From: the human T2T-CHM13v2.0 reference genome, Homo sapiens
Strand: one strand, 5' to 3'
Length of the DNA stretch: 64,000 nt
NCBI RefSeq assembly: GCF_009914755.1
Contig: NC_060934.1
The stretch's first letter is position 1, and each line of letters starts with the position of its first letter. The position numbers and the translations under genes are program-made. The notes under the pieces were generated by a model. The model saw only the letters and a list, made by a program, of their open reading frames with translations. It was not told where the DNA came from and ran no database searches. Positions 1-14,167 of the stretch are shown here, piece after piece.

Positions 1-439
1 TTTTTGCTTTATCATTTTTTATGGTAAATTCTTTCTCCTGGCTCCTCTGCCATGGGAAAAACCACATACAGGTCTCTTTTCTCCTAGGAAGAAATGTAAT
101 TCATCTACATTTGAGTCTTCAGCTCTCTGATGGATCTTAGAAACGATGAGTCTGTGTATTAACCAGATTGTTCCGACGGTTATGGTTGGAACAAGAGTCT
201 CTTGTGACTTCTACATCTCAATAAAAAATGGAATTCCAAAATATTTAAAAAATAAATTTGCAAAAATCACATTGAGCTTGTTTCTATGGTTGGCATCAAA
301 TGGATGGATCTGTATGTTGTCATCAGGCATTGATGCAGGTGACAAACTGTCAGGAAATGGGGGTTCTGGAATGGATTACTGGTGGGGTGGGGGCCACAGA
401 CAGTGTGAACTCAGCTCAGGCCGTCTACCAGCAAGCTGG

Positions 440-610
440 TCATCAGGACCAGCCAAACACTGGCTTTCGTAAAGTTTGACTGAAGCACGGCAATGCCTGG
501 TCATTTACATATTGCCTGTTTCTGCTTTGAGTGGCACAGCAGAGCTGAGTAGCTGTGCGGAAAGCACCATGAGGCTGGCAGCCTGGACGCCATGCTCTGA
601 CACTTTAGAG
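440..610. mobile_element. MER58-like fragment
   Basis: catttacatattgcctg..ctgcttt..cagcagagctgagtagctgtg. Confidence 0.5.
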
Positions 611-2033
611 AGAGGGCGTGGGAAGGCTTTAGTTTAGGGGCTGCCAAGCCACAGAGCAGATGAAAGCACTCAGACGTGACACGGCACAGCTGTTTTTGTT
701 GAACTTACTGAGTGAATGATGAACTCAGATTCTTGCTTTTTGGTTCAAGACATAGACTAAAAGCCAGGCATGTTCTGTGACTGCGATAGAGAATCCCTTG
801 CTGAAAGCCAGGCGAACACTTGAAGCTGTGCAGTTACACCCCTCAGACCCTCATCATGATCTCCTGGGTCCCTAAGACTCTTCCAGCGGTGACTCCAACA
901 TTCCTGGAGACAGATGGAAAGACTCACTTAGCACCTTGCAGATCCAACATGATTATCTGTTCAGTGCAGTGTCCATCAGTGCCTAGGGCACGTGAGACAT
1001 CCAAAAACAGTGGTAGAATTCGAATGTTCCTCTTCTTTTCTCTCTCTTCATCCCTCAATTGTAAATTTTACAATTCCATCTGTAGATCACAGAATATCAG
1101 TGATGGAACCAGAGAAAGAGGAGGCATCGCCTAGGAAGTCGTGGGTTTGATGACGGTCATGGTAATTCCAGAGGCTTCGGCTTGTCTCCCCTTTGCATGA
1201 AGGGCAAGTGCCTGAGTAGACGTAAAAGCAGCAGCTGCATCACGGTGGCTTCCTGGGGCTATGGAGATGCGTAAGGGCAGGACGAGAACGCAGTGATGCT
1301 GGATGGCGAAAGGGAGGGGTGGGAGCAGCCACCGCTGCCACACTTTGGTCACCATACATCTCAACCGTCCTCCTGTATCGGGAGAACTCCTCCACTTTTT
1401 GAGTCCTGTTTGAATACAGAGCCCTTGTGGCTCTGTAGGAAGTAAAAATACCAGAAGTCCCTTCCCAGCCTTCCTGGAAGCTAGGGTGTGGGGAGACGAT
1501 CAACCAGTCACATCCATTTACAGCACAAACCAATCGGGCTCTTGCTGTCGGCAGTGAAGGTGTCCAGACACGATCCAGGTTTGGGGAATGCCATGCTGGT
1601 GGGGAAGGCTCGTGTCCAGGAACAAGGTCAGCAGTGCAGACTTCAAGGTGTGGTGTCCTCACAAGAACAAGCTGCTGCACAAGCGGTTCCCATAGGCAGG
1701 TTCCCAACGCTGGTCCTACTCCCTTGGTGGTTCTGAGAGCCACTCACTGGTGCCTCAAACTGCCAAAGGAGGTTTCCATTGCTTACAGGTCAGAAAGCTG
1801 GCTGACGTGCAGGATACCTGGAATATGGTTTCCATGATCCCCAGCGTGGCTGGGATGCCGTGTGTCAGCAGGAAAGGGCATAAAGTTCCTGCTGACGGTG
1901 GCTCATTCCCTGAGGCTTTCAAAATCCCCAACAGCACCTTATTTATTTCCTTCACCTAAAAGCAGTGTAGGGGGACAAGGAAACTGAGAGCTCAAGTTAA
2001 TGAAAGTCTTATTATTACAACTATTTATTTTGA

Positions 2034-2379
<346 letters not shown>

Positions 2380-3429
2380 ACTTCTTTCAACAATCCATGA
2401 CTCCTTCTATTACTAGGGGGGCTGTATTTCTCTTTCATTGTGTGAGTTTCAAGATTTAAGGGTCACTGCAATAGTTACTGTTGATTTAATCCCACACAAA
2501 GCTACTTATAATAAAGCTGCCCTCTCAGATAAATCAGTTATTTTTCTATATAATAGAAATCCAAGTTTCTGTTTATGTTTTTTTCCTAATAAATAAACAA
2601 CCGCGGTCTCTTTTGGAAAACAGAAGACCTCATGTTTTTCTTCCCTGCTTCTACTAGAAGGAGGATGCAATTTTTCTGTTACAGTGAACAATATCTCTAA
2701 ATCTAATGCAACAAAAGACCTTCCAGCTTACATTTTTGAAGAGTAATTGTGGCTGTGAGAAATATTTTTCCAAATAATAAGTGACACCTTCTAATAATAC
2801 TAAGAGAAATTTATGTGAAAGCTAATTAAACACAGAAGTCATAATTTGATCTTTCTAATGTCCACTTTTATCATAAATTTAGTAAATTGAAATTCTTTTA
2901 AAGTCATTTTTCCAGCTAAAGGTACTGGGAAATGTTACTCCTAAGAGTAACAAATAGCTTTTACTTCTAAATTTTGTTCTGTTTTTACCTCCTAGCTTTG
3001 TCAATTAGGAAAGTTCACTTCTCAGGGCCTTCATCTCTCATCTTAAAACAACTAAGAATTCCCTTAAAGAGCATGGGAAGACCTAACTAGATGCTGTCTG
3101 AATCCAATGGTCCAATGCAATGACTAAAGAATGTATTTTTCCAGCGTGAATGACTCTTAAGGTGCAAGCCCCAGACTTCCTATTTGAGAGGAAAATGCTG
3201 TTAGAAGGTTGAAGAATAGTAAACCCTGGGTTTTCATTTGCAAGGAACAGTTACAGATGGCATATGAGCTTTTAGCTGGTGAAGATTCACACCAGGGGTT
3301 CATTTTGAGAAAATTCATCATGCCAAGTCATTTTCCACGGGAGACTAGACTCTAGTCAAGTAAGTATATGTTTAATTTCTCTAATGTGAATTGTATTTAC
3401 ACACACAGATTGGCACTTAAAAGAATCAA

Positions 3430-3690
<261 letters not shown>

Positions 3691-3802
3691 ATCAAGTATC
3701 AGTACTTTGACAAAATGTATCCAACATCCAGAAGTGACTGTGATGATGTGAGATGGCACTGGACACTCAGGGAGGGAGATTCTTTCATAAAGCCATGCTC
3801 TT

Positions 3803-3948
3803 AGCTGAGTGTGGTGGCTCACGCCTGTATTCCCAGTGCTTTGGGAGGCTGAGGTGGGAGGGTCACTTGAGGCCAGGAGTTCAAGACCAGCCTAGGCAAC
3901 ATAGTGAGACCCTGTCTCTACAAACACTAACAACAACAAAGAAAAAAC
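3803..3948 (+). mobile_element. Alu monomer (FLAM/AluJ left arm)
   Basis: Single arm with A-rich tail. Confidence 0.85.
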
Positions 3949-4693
3949 TGTGTTCTGTAAAACAGCTACTCACAGAGCAGAAGCGACATGGACATGGTGA
4001 TAAATAATTAAAAAGCAGCTGGAAAGTGTGAAGGAGGAGGAACAAAGTACACTGGCAATTCAGAGGAAAGAGAGCACCGCAGCTGACAGAGTTCGAGAAG
4101 GCCCCATGGAGGGGACCCGGGCGGAGCAGGATGAGGGCAGAGGAGAGTCCATCCAGGCCGAGCACAGTGTCCGGGTTATGAAGCAGGAAAGACTGCATGA
4201 GAAAGTGGCTTAGGAACAACTGCACGAAGGGGAGGCAGACGCTTGGGGCTGGATGGTGGGAGGACCAGAGTGCCACTGATGGAGCCGATTTTTGCAAAGT
4301 AAAAACAAACACCCAATGTGTCTCTGTACACCTGTAATGTTTCCTGTGTCAGGTATGTTCTAAAAAGTGCTTGTCCAGGTGCCAAGTCAGCACTGGAAAA
4401 ACTGCATGCGGCTTCGCCCTTGAGGATGCAGCACTGCTCAGGAGCACCGGTGAGGCCTTGAAATCCTGCAGTCATAACACTCATGAACTGTGCAGCTCAG
4501 CCTTCCCCGAAGACCAGGACCCCCTCTGACCGTGATGCCCTTGACACATCCTAAGCCCTGCTGCACACGGGTGAGGCTCCCTCTCTCTTTTGGACAATGT
4601 TCTTTGCTGAGTTTGCTCCCTATCTCCTGGAGATAAAACTCTTCCCTCTCTCCATCAGGCGTCCCCCACCAGAGTGCACAGTCAGGGAAGGCC

Positions 4694-7136
4694 TGCGGGG
4701 GCTCCAGTGAGAGACCGGCGCTGTTAGAACAGTCAGTCGGGGGTGCGGGGCTCCAGCGAGAGACCGGCGCTGTTAGAACAGTCAGTCGGGGGTGCGGGGC
4801 TCCAGCGAGAGACCGGCGCTGTTAGAACAGTCAGTCGGGGGTGCAGGGCTCCAGCGAGAGACCGGCGCTGTTAGAACAGTCAGTCGGGGGTGCGGGGCTC
4901 CGGCGAGAGACCGGCGTTGTTAGAACAGTCAGTCGGGGGTGCGGGGCTCCGGCGAGAGACCGGCGCTGTTAGAACAGTCAGTCGGGGGTGCGGGGCTCCG
5001 GCGAGAGACCGGCGTTGTTAGAACAGTCAGTCGGGGGTGCGGGGCTCCGGCGAGAGACCGGCGCTGTTAGAACAGTCAGTCGGGGGTGCGGGGCTCCGGC
5101 GAGAGACCGGCGCTGTTAGAACAGTCAGTCGGGGGTGCGGGGCTCCAGCGAGAGACCGGCGCTGTTAGAACAGTCAGTCGGGGGTGCGGGGCTCCGGCGA
5201 GAGGCCGGCGCTGTTAGAACAGTCAGTCGGGGGTGCGGGGCTCCGGCGAGAGGCCGGCGTTGTTAGAACAGTCAGTCGGGGGTGCGGGGTCTAGTGAGAG
5301 GCCGGCGCTGTTAGAACAGTCAGTCGGGGGTGCGGGGTCTAGTGAGAGGCCGGCGTTGTTAGAACAGTCAGTCGGGGGTGCGGGGCTCCGGCGAGAGGCC
5401 GGCGCTGTTAGAACAGTCAGTCGGGGGTGCGGGGCTCCAGCGAGAGACCGGCGCTGTTAGAACAGTCAGTCGGGGGTGCGGGGGTGCGGGGCTCCGGCGA
5501 GAGACCGGCGCTGTTAGAACAGTCAGTCGGGGGTGCGGGGCTCCGGCGAGAGACCGGCGCTGTTAGAACAGTCAGTCGGGGGTGCGGGGCTCCGGCGAGA
5601 GGCCGGCGCTGTTAGAACAGTCAGTCGGGGGTGCGGGGCTCCGGCGAGAGGCCGGCGTTGTTAGAACAGTCAGTCGGGGGTGCGGGGCTCCGGCGAGAGA
5701 CCGGCGCTGTTAGAACAGTCAGTCGGGGGTGCGGGGCTCCAGCGAGAGACCGGCGCTGTTAGAACAGTCAGTCGGGGGTGCGGGGGTGCGGGGCTCCAGC
5801 GAGAGACCGGCGCTGTTAGAACAGTCAGTCGGGGGTGCGGGGCTCCAGCGAGAGACCGGTGTTGTTAGAACAGTCAGTCGGGGGTGCGGGGCTCCAGCGA
5901 GAGACCAGTGTTGTTAGAACAGTCAGTCGGGGGTGCGGGGCTCCGGCGAGAGACCGGCGCTGTTAGAACAGTCAGTCGGGGGTGCGGGGCTCCAGTGAGA
6001 GACCGGCGCTGTTAGAACAGTCAGTCGGGGGTGCGGGGCTCCGGCGAGAGACCGGCGCTGTTAGAACAGTCAGTCGGGGGTGCGGGGCTCCGGCGAGAGG
6101 CCGGCGTTGTTAGAACAGTCAGTCGGGGGTGCGGGGCTCCGGCGAGAGACCGGCGCTGTTAGAACAGTCAGTCGGGGGTGCGGGGGTGCGGGGCTCCAGC
6201 GAGAGACCGGCGCTGTTAGAACAGTCAGTCGGGGGTGCGGGGGTGCGGGGCTCCAGCGAGAGACCGGCGCTGTTAGAACAGTCAGTCGGGGGTGCGGGGC
6301 TCCAGCGAGAGACCGGTGTTGTTAGAACAGTCAGTCGGGGGTGCGGGGCTCCAGCGAGAGACCAGTGTTGTTAGAACAGTCAGTCGGGGGTGCGGGGCTC
6401 CGGCGAGAGACCGGCGCTGTTAGAACAGTCAGTCGGGGGTGCGGGGCTCCAGTGAGAGACCGGCGCTGTTAGAACAGTCAGTCGGGGGTGCGGGGCTCCG
6501 GCGAGAGACCGGCGCTGTTAGAACAGTCAGTCGGGGGTGCGGGGCTCCGGCGAGAGGCCGGCGTTGTTAGAACAGTCAGTCGGGGGTGCGGGGCTCCGGC
6601 GAGAGACCGGCGCTGTTAGAACAGTCAGTCGGGGGTGCGGGGCTCCAGTGAGAGACCGGCGCTGTTAGAACAGTCAGTCGGGGGTGCGGGGCTCCGGCGA
6701 GAGACCGGCGCTGTTAGAACAGTCAGTCGGGGGTGCGGGGCTCCGGCGAGAGGCCGGCGTTGTTAGAACAGTCAGTCGGGGGTGCGGGGCTCCGGCGAGA
6801 GACCGGCGCTGTTAGAACAGTCAGTCGGGGGTGCGGGGGTGCGGGGCTCCAGCGAGAGACCGGCGCTGTTAGAACAGTCAGTCGGGGGTGCGGGGGTGCG
6901 GGGCTCCAGCGAGAGACCGGCGCTGTTAGAACAGTCAGTCGGGGGTGCGGGGCTCCAGCGAGAGACCGGTGTTGTTAGAACAGTCAGTCGGGGGTGCGGG
7001 GCTCCAGCGAGAGACCGGCGCTGTTAGAACAGTCAGTCGGGGGTGCGGGGCTCCGGCGAGAGACCGGCGCTGTTAGAACAGTCAGTCGGGGGTGCGGGGC
7101 TCCAGTGAGAGACCAGTGTTGTTAGAACAGTCAGTC
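4694..7136. repeat. CpG-rich 49-bp VNTR, about 49 copies (six are 57-bp variants)
   Basis: Unit tgcggggctccggcgagagaccggcgctgttagaacagtcagtcggggg; variants carry an extra tgcggggg. Confidence 0.97.
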
Positions 7137-8634
7137 TGAGAGCAGACACCCCCGTTTCCACACTCACTCACGATGCTGCTGCTTCAAACTGAAAGCTACA
7201 TTTTTCAACATCTTTAAATATTTAGGTACAAGGTTTGGAATTCTGGCAGTGTCTTAATTTTTTGTGTTTTTGATTTTTTACATCAAATGATTAATTGTGA
7301 TTACCTCAGGGTAGATGGGTTTATGACTGTTATTTATAAGCTAAAGTGTATTTTCTGATTTTGTTTTCTAAAATATTCTTTTATAAAGAAAAATAAATTC
7401 AATGTATAGAAAATTCAGAAACATTTCAGGCTTTCCTTATTAGGACTCATGAGCAGTGTGGTCCGTACATTTAATGTACCAGGCATGTCCTGTGTGCTGG
7501 GCTCTATGGAGAGCCAGGGAGCGAGAGGTGGTTTCTGCCGCTGGATCCTGGGCTTCTCCACTCTGCTTGTTTCTATCACCATCAGGTTTTTTTAATTTTG
7601 CAGATTCTAGAAAATGAGTGTTTCCAAAGACCAGCTCTGCCTGTAGCCTCTGCACTTACGGCTGCCTTCGCTGGACTCTCGCCCGCACGACTCCGCCCTT
7701 TCACTGTGCTCTGCTGAAGCGTTCCTGACTGCCCTCCCCCAGAACGCCTCCCCGTGTTCGTGGCACTCTATCCTCTCACTGCTCGCTTTTACTAAAATGA
7801 GTCACTTCCTGAAAAAATTATCTACATGCCTACTGTCCAACTCACTGACTGTGAGAAATGTTTGATGATGGCACAAACTTTGTCATAAGTTTCTTTGTAG
7901 TAAAATTTGACATAGGCTGACATGAGCCCCTTCAAGTCTGGGGCCCCCACCCTTCCTTGCTGCAGGAACACTGGCACATGTGATACTGAGCTGTGGCATC
8001 ATGCATGGCATCTGTGCCACATCACCTCTCACAAAGCCAGAAACCTAATTCCGAAGCACACCTGCCCTCAAAGATTCTGGGAAGGGGAGGTGAGCTCGCA
8101 TTGCTTTGTACATAAATTTAATTTCTCTCTGCTGGTAGACACTTGGATACTTCCAACTATTTTCCAATACTATGCAGACAAGGAAATGCTGACCGAAAGG
8201 AGTTAGGGATAGGTCAAGTAGAAAACTGAACATGGACAAAAATGCTTAAAGATGCTGCCAAGATTGCAAAATAACGCCATGACCCATGATTAGAATACTG
8301 AATTTTGATTTAGCGGTCATATTGACAGAATTGTCTTCTGCACAAGAACATATTGCCATTTCCTATTAAGAATACAGAACCGTGCTCAACACTCCCACGG
8401 CGCACATTCATTCAATATCCACCACGTGTCAGGCCCCGCCCTGGTGCCGAGGTAAGGACGGTGGCACGCTTCAGAAGCCTTGTGGAAAACACCAGCACGC
8501 CAACTCTGTTCTTCATTCTGTCCCTTTCCTGCGCTGTTTTTCTTTCATCTCCATGTTTTGGTTCTTTTTTCACGTATTTTATCTTCTCCTACTGAGCGTA
8601 CTCCTTCCTTGTAAACCATCTTAAAACATTTTGG

Positions 8635-8935
8635 GGCTGGGCGTGGTGGCTCATGCCTGTAATCCCAGCACTTTAGGAGGCAAAGGAGGGCGGATCATGA
8701 GGTCAGGAGATGAAAACCATGCTGGCTAACACGGTGAAACCCCATCTCTACTAAAAATACAAAAAATTAGCTGCGCTTGGTGGCAAGCACCTGTAGTCCC
8801 AGATGCTGGGGAAGCTGAGGCAGGAGAATGGCGTGAACCCAGCAGGTGGAGCTTGCAGTGAGCCCAGATCACGGCAATGCACTCCAGCCTGGGCAACAGA
8901 GTGATACTCCATCTCAAAAACAAACAAACAAAAAA
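8635..8935 (+). mobile_element. Alu (AluY/Sc-like) with 12-bp TSD aaaacattttgg
   Basis: TSD at 8623-8634 and 8936-8947, tt|aaaa target site. Confidence 0.95.
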
Positions 8936-9550
8936 AAAACATTTTGGATCCAGGTGGATGGAAATAAATGAAAAAGTAAAGAGGAAAATAAATGTATGTA
9001 CTCTACAAGAGGCCAATTTTACACCACACGCTGAACTCTGTCACCTGCTGGAGGGCACGATGCGACGGGTTACTCTCTGCTCTCTCCCTTCAGCGCCACC
9101 TTGACATTTTAAGAGACAAAGCCAGAAGCAGCAGCCTCGCCATGGCCAGTGCCATCTCTCACAAATCACTGATTTCCTCTTGCCCGGGGGTCCCTGTCAC
9201 TGGTGGATGGAGACAAGTGAGACATCACACTATTGCTGAACTTAAGAAGCAGACTTCTGCATTTCCTATTTCTCCTAATGGGATAGATGGCGATAAACAT
9301 TTATGAGGAACAGAAAAAGGTGAATAGGCAGAGAAAACTTCAATATTTTAAGAACTAGTTTGGTGAGATAAATCTAATTCTTCAGATGACCTCTTAGAAA
9401 AGGGTATTATTTTAATCATAGGACAAGGTTTAACTGACTCTTGAGAGAAATTTGGTAATTTATAATTTCTTAAAGATGGAGCTATTATAATAATTAAAAG
9501 AGAAGCAAGACAGAAGCAAGGAACACCACGTTTATGAAAATTAAAAAAAA

Positions 9551-9860
9551 GGCCGGGTGCAGTGGCTCACGTCTGTAATCCCAGCACTTTGGGAGGCCAG
9601 GGCAGACAGATTGTTAAGCTGAGGAGTTCAAGACCAGCCTGGGCGACATGGTGAAACCCCGTCTCCACAAAAAATTTAAAAATTAGCCAGGCGTGGTGGT
9701 GTGCACCTGTAGTCCCAGCCACGTGGGAGGCTGAGGTGGGAGGGTTGCTTGAGCCTGGGAGCGGGGGGCAGGGGGTTGAGGCTGCAGTGAGCCATGACGC
9801 CACTGCACTCCAGCCTGGGTGACAGAGTGATACCCTGTCTCAAAAAAGTAAAAGAAAAAT
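9551..9860 (+). mobile_element. Alu (AluJ-like)
   Basis: Dimeric Alu consensus. Confidence 0.92.
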
Positions 9861-10656
9861 CAAGAAAAGCTTTTTGCAGCTACTTTTTCTGAAGTGATCT
9901 CGGGAAGAGAGGAGGTTCCCTCCTCTGACCTAGTGGCTAACTCCAAGCACCTAGACAGGCGTGAAAAGGGCAGAGGGAGCCTTCGGAGGCTCACCCAGCA
10001 GCAACCTTAAGCAATCACTCTGGGATCACAAGTAGGATAGGGGGTGGGGAGAGGGAGGTGGAGGGATGCACACCAACCGTTTGCCTCACCAGCACCTGCT
10101 GAGAGGGAAGCCCTTATTCTTCCAGGAAGGAAATCCGCAGCTCTGCCTGCAGCTTGTCAGCCACTGTTAATGCAAGGCTGTCTTGCTAGAGCTGCTTCAC
10201 TTACGCCTGTTTCCCAGAAGTGCGGCTTTGCGGTTTCTAAAATGCCATTGCAGCAGCAAATCCCAGAACCTGCTCAATGTCATTAAGTTCTTCCTACAGC
10301 GATCGTCTACACGCGTGGGACTAAGTACTTCGAGGGACTGGTTTCTTCATCTGTCTAGTATCTAATCTTTAAAAAGTCGAACAGCAGAGGTCTGGACAAA
10401 CTGCTACCCCTGTCACAAAAGTTAAAATGTTCCAGGACAGAGTAAGTCCTATGAATGCTTGTTATGAATAATGGATACGAACGTAGACTGTAGTTTAAAG
10501 AAACAGAGATCTGCACCAACCGCATGCGTGTGACTGAAAGATCTCTTCTGGATGTAGCTAAGCATCAGCCGAGGGAGACGAGTGGAGCCAGTCTGTGCTG
10601 TACCCACCCCGGGAGCCACACTTCCCACTCAGCACTGTGATGTCGCCGAATCTCAC

Positions 10657-10827
10657 CTGCAAGCAAATCGCCAGGTTCACCCTGCAACCGAACGAGGTGC
10701 TGACGGCCCGCGGGTGAAGGCCCAGGTCCTTAAACAGCTTTGAGAACGACTGTGTGAGTGCGATCCGAGGCCTCTCTTCCGCCACAACCACGCAGGTCCT
10801 CACTCGGGACAAGTCCAGCCCTCGCGC
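10657..10827 (-). CDS. DIP2C: DIP2C coding exon, 171 nt (ARGLDLSR...LAICLQ)
   Basis: Acceptor ctccag|GCG, donor CAG|gtgaga; phase 0 to 0. Confidence 0.95.
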
Positions 10828-11230
10828 CTGGAGATGATGACAGAGAAACCGAGTCAGCCCCCACGTGTCGAGCTTGGAGTGAGCCAGAGACTCCTTCCCA
10901 CAGATCCCCACGTAAACATTGGAAAACTCAACACAGCTATGCATTTCCAGGGCCACCTGTGTCCACTTCTTCAATATAACAAACCAGGAGTTGGTGAAAA
11001 AACATTCACACAACTATTCAAATGATTAAGAATGGAATTACAAACACGTCTCAAACAACCACCTGGAGCCACAGCAAGAACTGTTATGAGGAAAAAGGTT
11101 GAGGAAAAGCAACTTCCTGGCTGAGACGATGAAAGGCCGTTCGGGAAAAGAGAGCCATCTGATACATTCTTCTGGGCATGGATGTACCAGAACACACACT
11201 GGAGAGGAACGGGAAAAATCTACATGTAAA

Positions 11231-11349
11231 AGAGATGGGATCTTGCTATGCTGCCCAGGCTGGAGTTGAACTCCTGGGCTCAAGTGACCCTCCCACCTTG
11301 TGGTCTCCCAAGTAGCTGGGACTGCAGACATGTACCACCACACCCAGCC
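11231..11349 (-). mobile_element. Alu monomer
   Basis: Reverse single arm. Confidence 0.8.
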
Positions 11350-11964
11350 TGAAAACCTACATTTTAATATATAGGAATATAAAACTAAAATTTTTGGATG
11401 ACTTCATAGACAGTGCTCCATTTATGTCCCATTACGCCAAGAATTTCTTCTCATTCTCAAGCGTGTCTGTTTCCACAGTAAGCAAAAGATTAACAACATC
11501 TCAGTTTCCACACCAAATTCAGTCAGCCGAGCACAACAGAAAAAGTCATACAGGAATTCAAGGAGTTAAGCTCAGCTCACTCTGTGGCACTACCTGGGCC
11601 GAGCAGAGGGAAAGTAAGGGAGCGACAGGAATGGCTTGTGAATGTGAAGGCGAGCCGTGAATGTCTGCGTCTTGGAGTGGAACCCAGAGCTGCTAAGGGG
11701 GCGGCCACCAAAACCCCAACCGTCAGGCCCTGCGAACCCTTTCAAGGCAGCCTCGGCACACGGACAACCGACAAGGGTCCTGAGCAAGGAGGACGCACAG
11801 CTCGAGCTGGCTTTGACATTCGTGCTCAGTGTACAGACACGACTGTACACACAGAGTTAAACAGGAAAAACTCAAGTCTGGGTGACACAAATTACATATT
11901 CACACGCGCGCACGTCTGAGAGGTAAAGCAGCATGCAGCTGCAACAGCAGGTCTGAAGCCAAAG

Positions 11965-12110
11965 ATTCTAAATTTGGCTCCAGGTTCGTTCAGCCTAAGA
12001 ACCTGGAAAGGTTGCTTAATTTCTCTATGACATAAGTTTCCTCAGCTTTAAAATGGAGACAATAAGGGCTCCTATTTCAGAGAGCTATTGTAAGGATGAA
12101 ATGAATACGT
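11965..12110 (+). mobile_element. MIR SINE
   Basis: cttaatttctct..agtttcctcagctttaaaatggagacaataa core. Confidence 0.65.
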
Positions 12111-13088
12111 AAATTGCATACTGACCCTCAACTATGTCATGATTTTATTCTGGTTATTTATATATGTGCCAACAGGAAGGTCATGAAAATGTACTCACTT
12201 TCTAATACAATATAGATGAACATGAATAGTGCTAACTTTTTCCTATATAAATACAAAACTTAAAATGATTGCACAATTACTTATGTTACATAAAGTTATC
12301 TTGCATTTTGCTTTCCTGTCCAAGCTTTATGCATTAGGAAAACAATGCAGGACAGATAAATGTACTGTTCCGTTATTGATCTCTGTGTAGATGACAGAAA
12401 CACAAACACAATCCATGTATATACAAAGACATACACACATCCAAAGAGTACAAAGTCAGTTGAAATTTTATCAAAACTGGTCAGATGATTATTCCCTCCT
12501 AGTTACTTGGAGCTAAGGACTACTTAATTTACCATGAAGATATACGTATCAAAATGTCCTTGGTTTAAATGGAGGGAAATACTATTATTCTTACATAATA
12601 GCAATTATTAAAAAATGAAACACAACACTGTTAACTGAACTGTAAAATGAATTGAGCTTAGGGTCCAGACCCAGAAATCAGGGTCTCCAGGGAAAATAAA
12701 AGTGAGCGGCTAAATTCAAACCTACCTTCTTAAACACCAGTATCAAATAAAGTTAACATCACCTAAGATCTTCTGAACACTGAACACTTCAGAACACTGA
12801 ATCCACCCAACAAAAAATCAAATTTAGGATCTTTCAAGTAGACCCAGTGGAATGACAGGCATTGAAAATATTTTACATTCTGGTTCGTTACTGTCTGTGG
12901 TCGTGGGGAAATATTCACGTTAAAAAGATTTTCATATAAAGGCAGTTTGTAAGCTTCAGGTGACGTTAGATTAAACCCAGGCTTTGTTTTGGAGGACTGT
13001 TTTAACTTCACCCCATCACAGATGTGCCTTCTTAGAAAGGAGTCCCTGTGGGCTCACAGGGCACTGAGCTGCCAAGGGAGCTGCTTAC

Positions 13089-13257
13089 CTTGAGGGACTC
13101 TGTTTGCGAGCCCAGCCCCTTGGTGCACAGCTCCATCACGGAGTAGGAGCAAAACGTGTCTCGGACTTTGTACTGACTCACGGCAAGAAGCCACAAGGCG
13201 GGGTTGGTTTCCAGCTCAGAGGGCGGGATCAGGATGGACTGGTGCCCAGAATACACA
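13089..13257 (-). CDS. DIP2C: DIP2C coding exon, 169 nt (VYSGHQSI...QTESLK)
   Basis: Acceptor ctctgcag|T, donor AAG|gtaagc; phase 2 to 0. Confidence 0.95.
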
Positions 13258-13615
13258 CTGCAGAGAAAGAAGAGGCTGTCAGGGCGGGAGCTCAGCAAGG
13301 CTGGAGGGCTCAGGGCAGCACTGACTCCAAGGAAAAGGAGGACTTGGAACAGCCCGTGCTGCCATCTGTAGAAGGGCACAGTAAAGCCAACGCTGCAAAC
13401 TGCAACCATGTTCACGAAAGCCTTCTGAAAAGCAAATACGTACTACAGAATCATGGGGCAGTTCCTACCACTTTGAACACACATTTAAGACTACTAAACG
13501 CTGTGATGCTGTGATGTCTCTCAGACCTGCGACATCAGCAAACTGGATCCTCTTTCTTAGTAGAAAACACAGGGATCAAATTTCGGTTTAAAAAAAAAAA
13601 GTCCAGCTTCAGAAC

Positions 13616-13800
13616 AGGAGCTGGCAAACCACAGACACTTCCTGTTTTTGTAAATAAAGTTTTATTGGAACAGGGCCACCACCACTCATTTGTTTAAATA
13701 TTGTCTCCAGTGGCTTTGAGCTGAGTGGTCAGAGACCACAGAACCTAAAATATTTACCAAACAGCAATTTAATAAAGAGCAGGCCTATACCTGGTTTAGA
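13616..13800. mobile_element. MER58-like hAT element
   Basis: cctgtttttgtaaataaagttttattggaaca. Confidence 0.7.
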
Positions 13801-14167
13801 AAACTGACAGCCAGGGTGAAAAAAAGACAATTATGGTAATTAAAGTTAGTCACTCAATCTTTTTAAGATCAGATTTTTACTAAAAAGGATCCCAACGAAT
13901 TACCAAACAGAAGAAATAGAGAAAAATAACTATTCTTTAATTTTACCTTCATACTAGAGAACAGATTTAGAGAAATGAAAAAGTGATAGATTACATATTT
14001 TATCATCAATTGATGGGGTAAGTGTGGATTTAACAACTTGTCAAAACTACATTTTTAATGGTTTTAATTTTGTTTACTACTATGAATTCACAATAGATAC
14101 CACACATTAAAATAAAATATCCTAGATAAATCACGTTCTAAGATTTACAATTTAATTAACGGGAACG

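Noticed and set aside
1240-1743. 167-aa minus-strand ORF as a possible extra DIP2C exon or nested gene
   Set aside because: No recognisable similarity to DIP2 or other families and no convincing splice-site pair identified
4694-7136. CRISPR-like appearance and many repetitive ORFs in the 49-bp array
   Set aside because: Units are contiguous with no unique spacers, there are no cas genes and the context is a primate intron. The ORFs are frame-cycling repeat artefacts.
10558-11013. 151-aa ORF extending beyond the DIP2C exon, and similar ORFs around other exons
   Set aside because: Only the splice-site-bounded part is DIP2C; the extensions are intronic read-through
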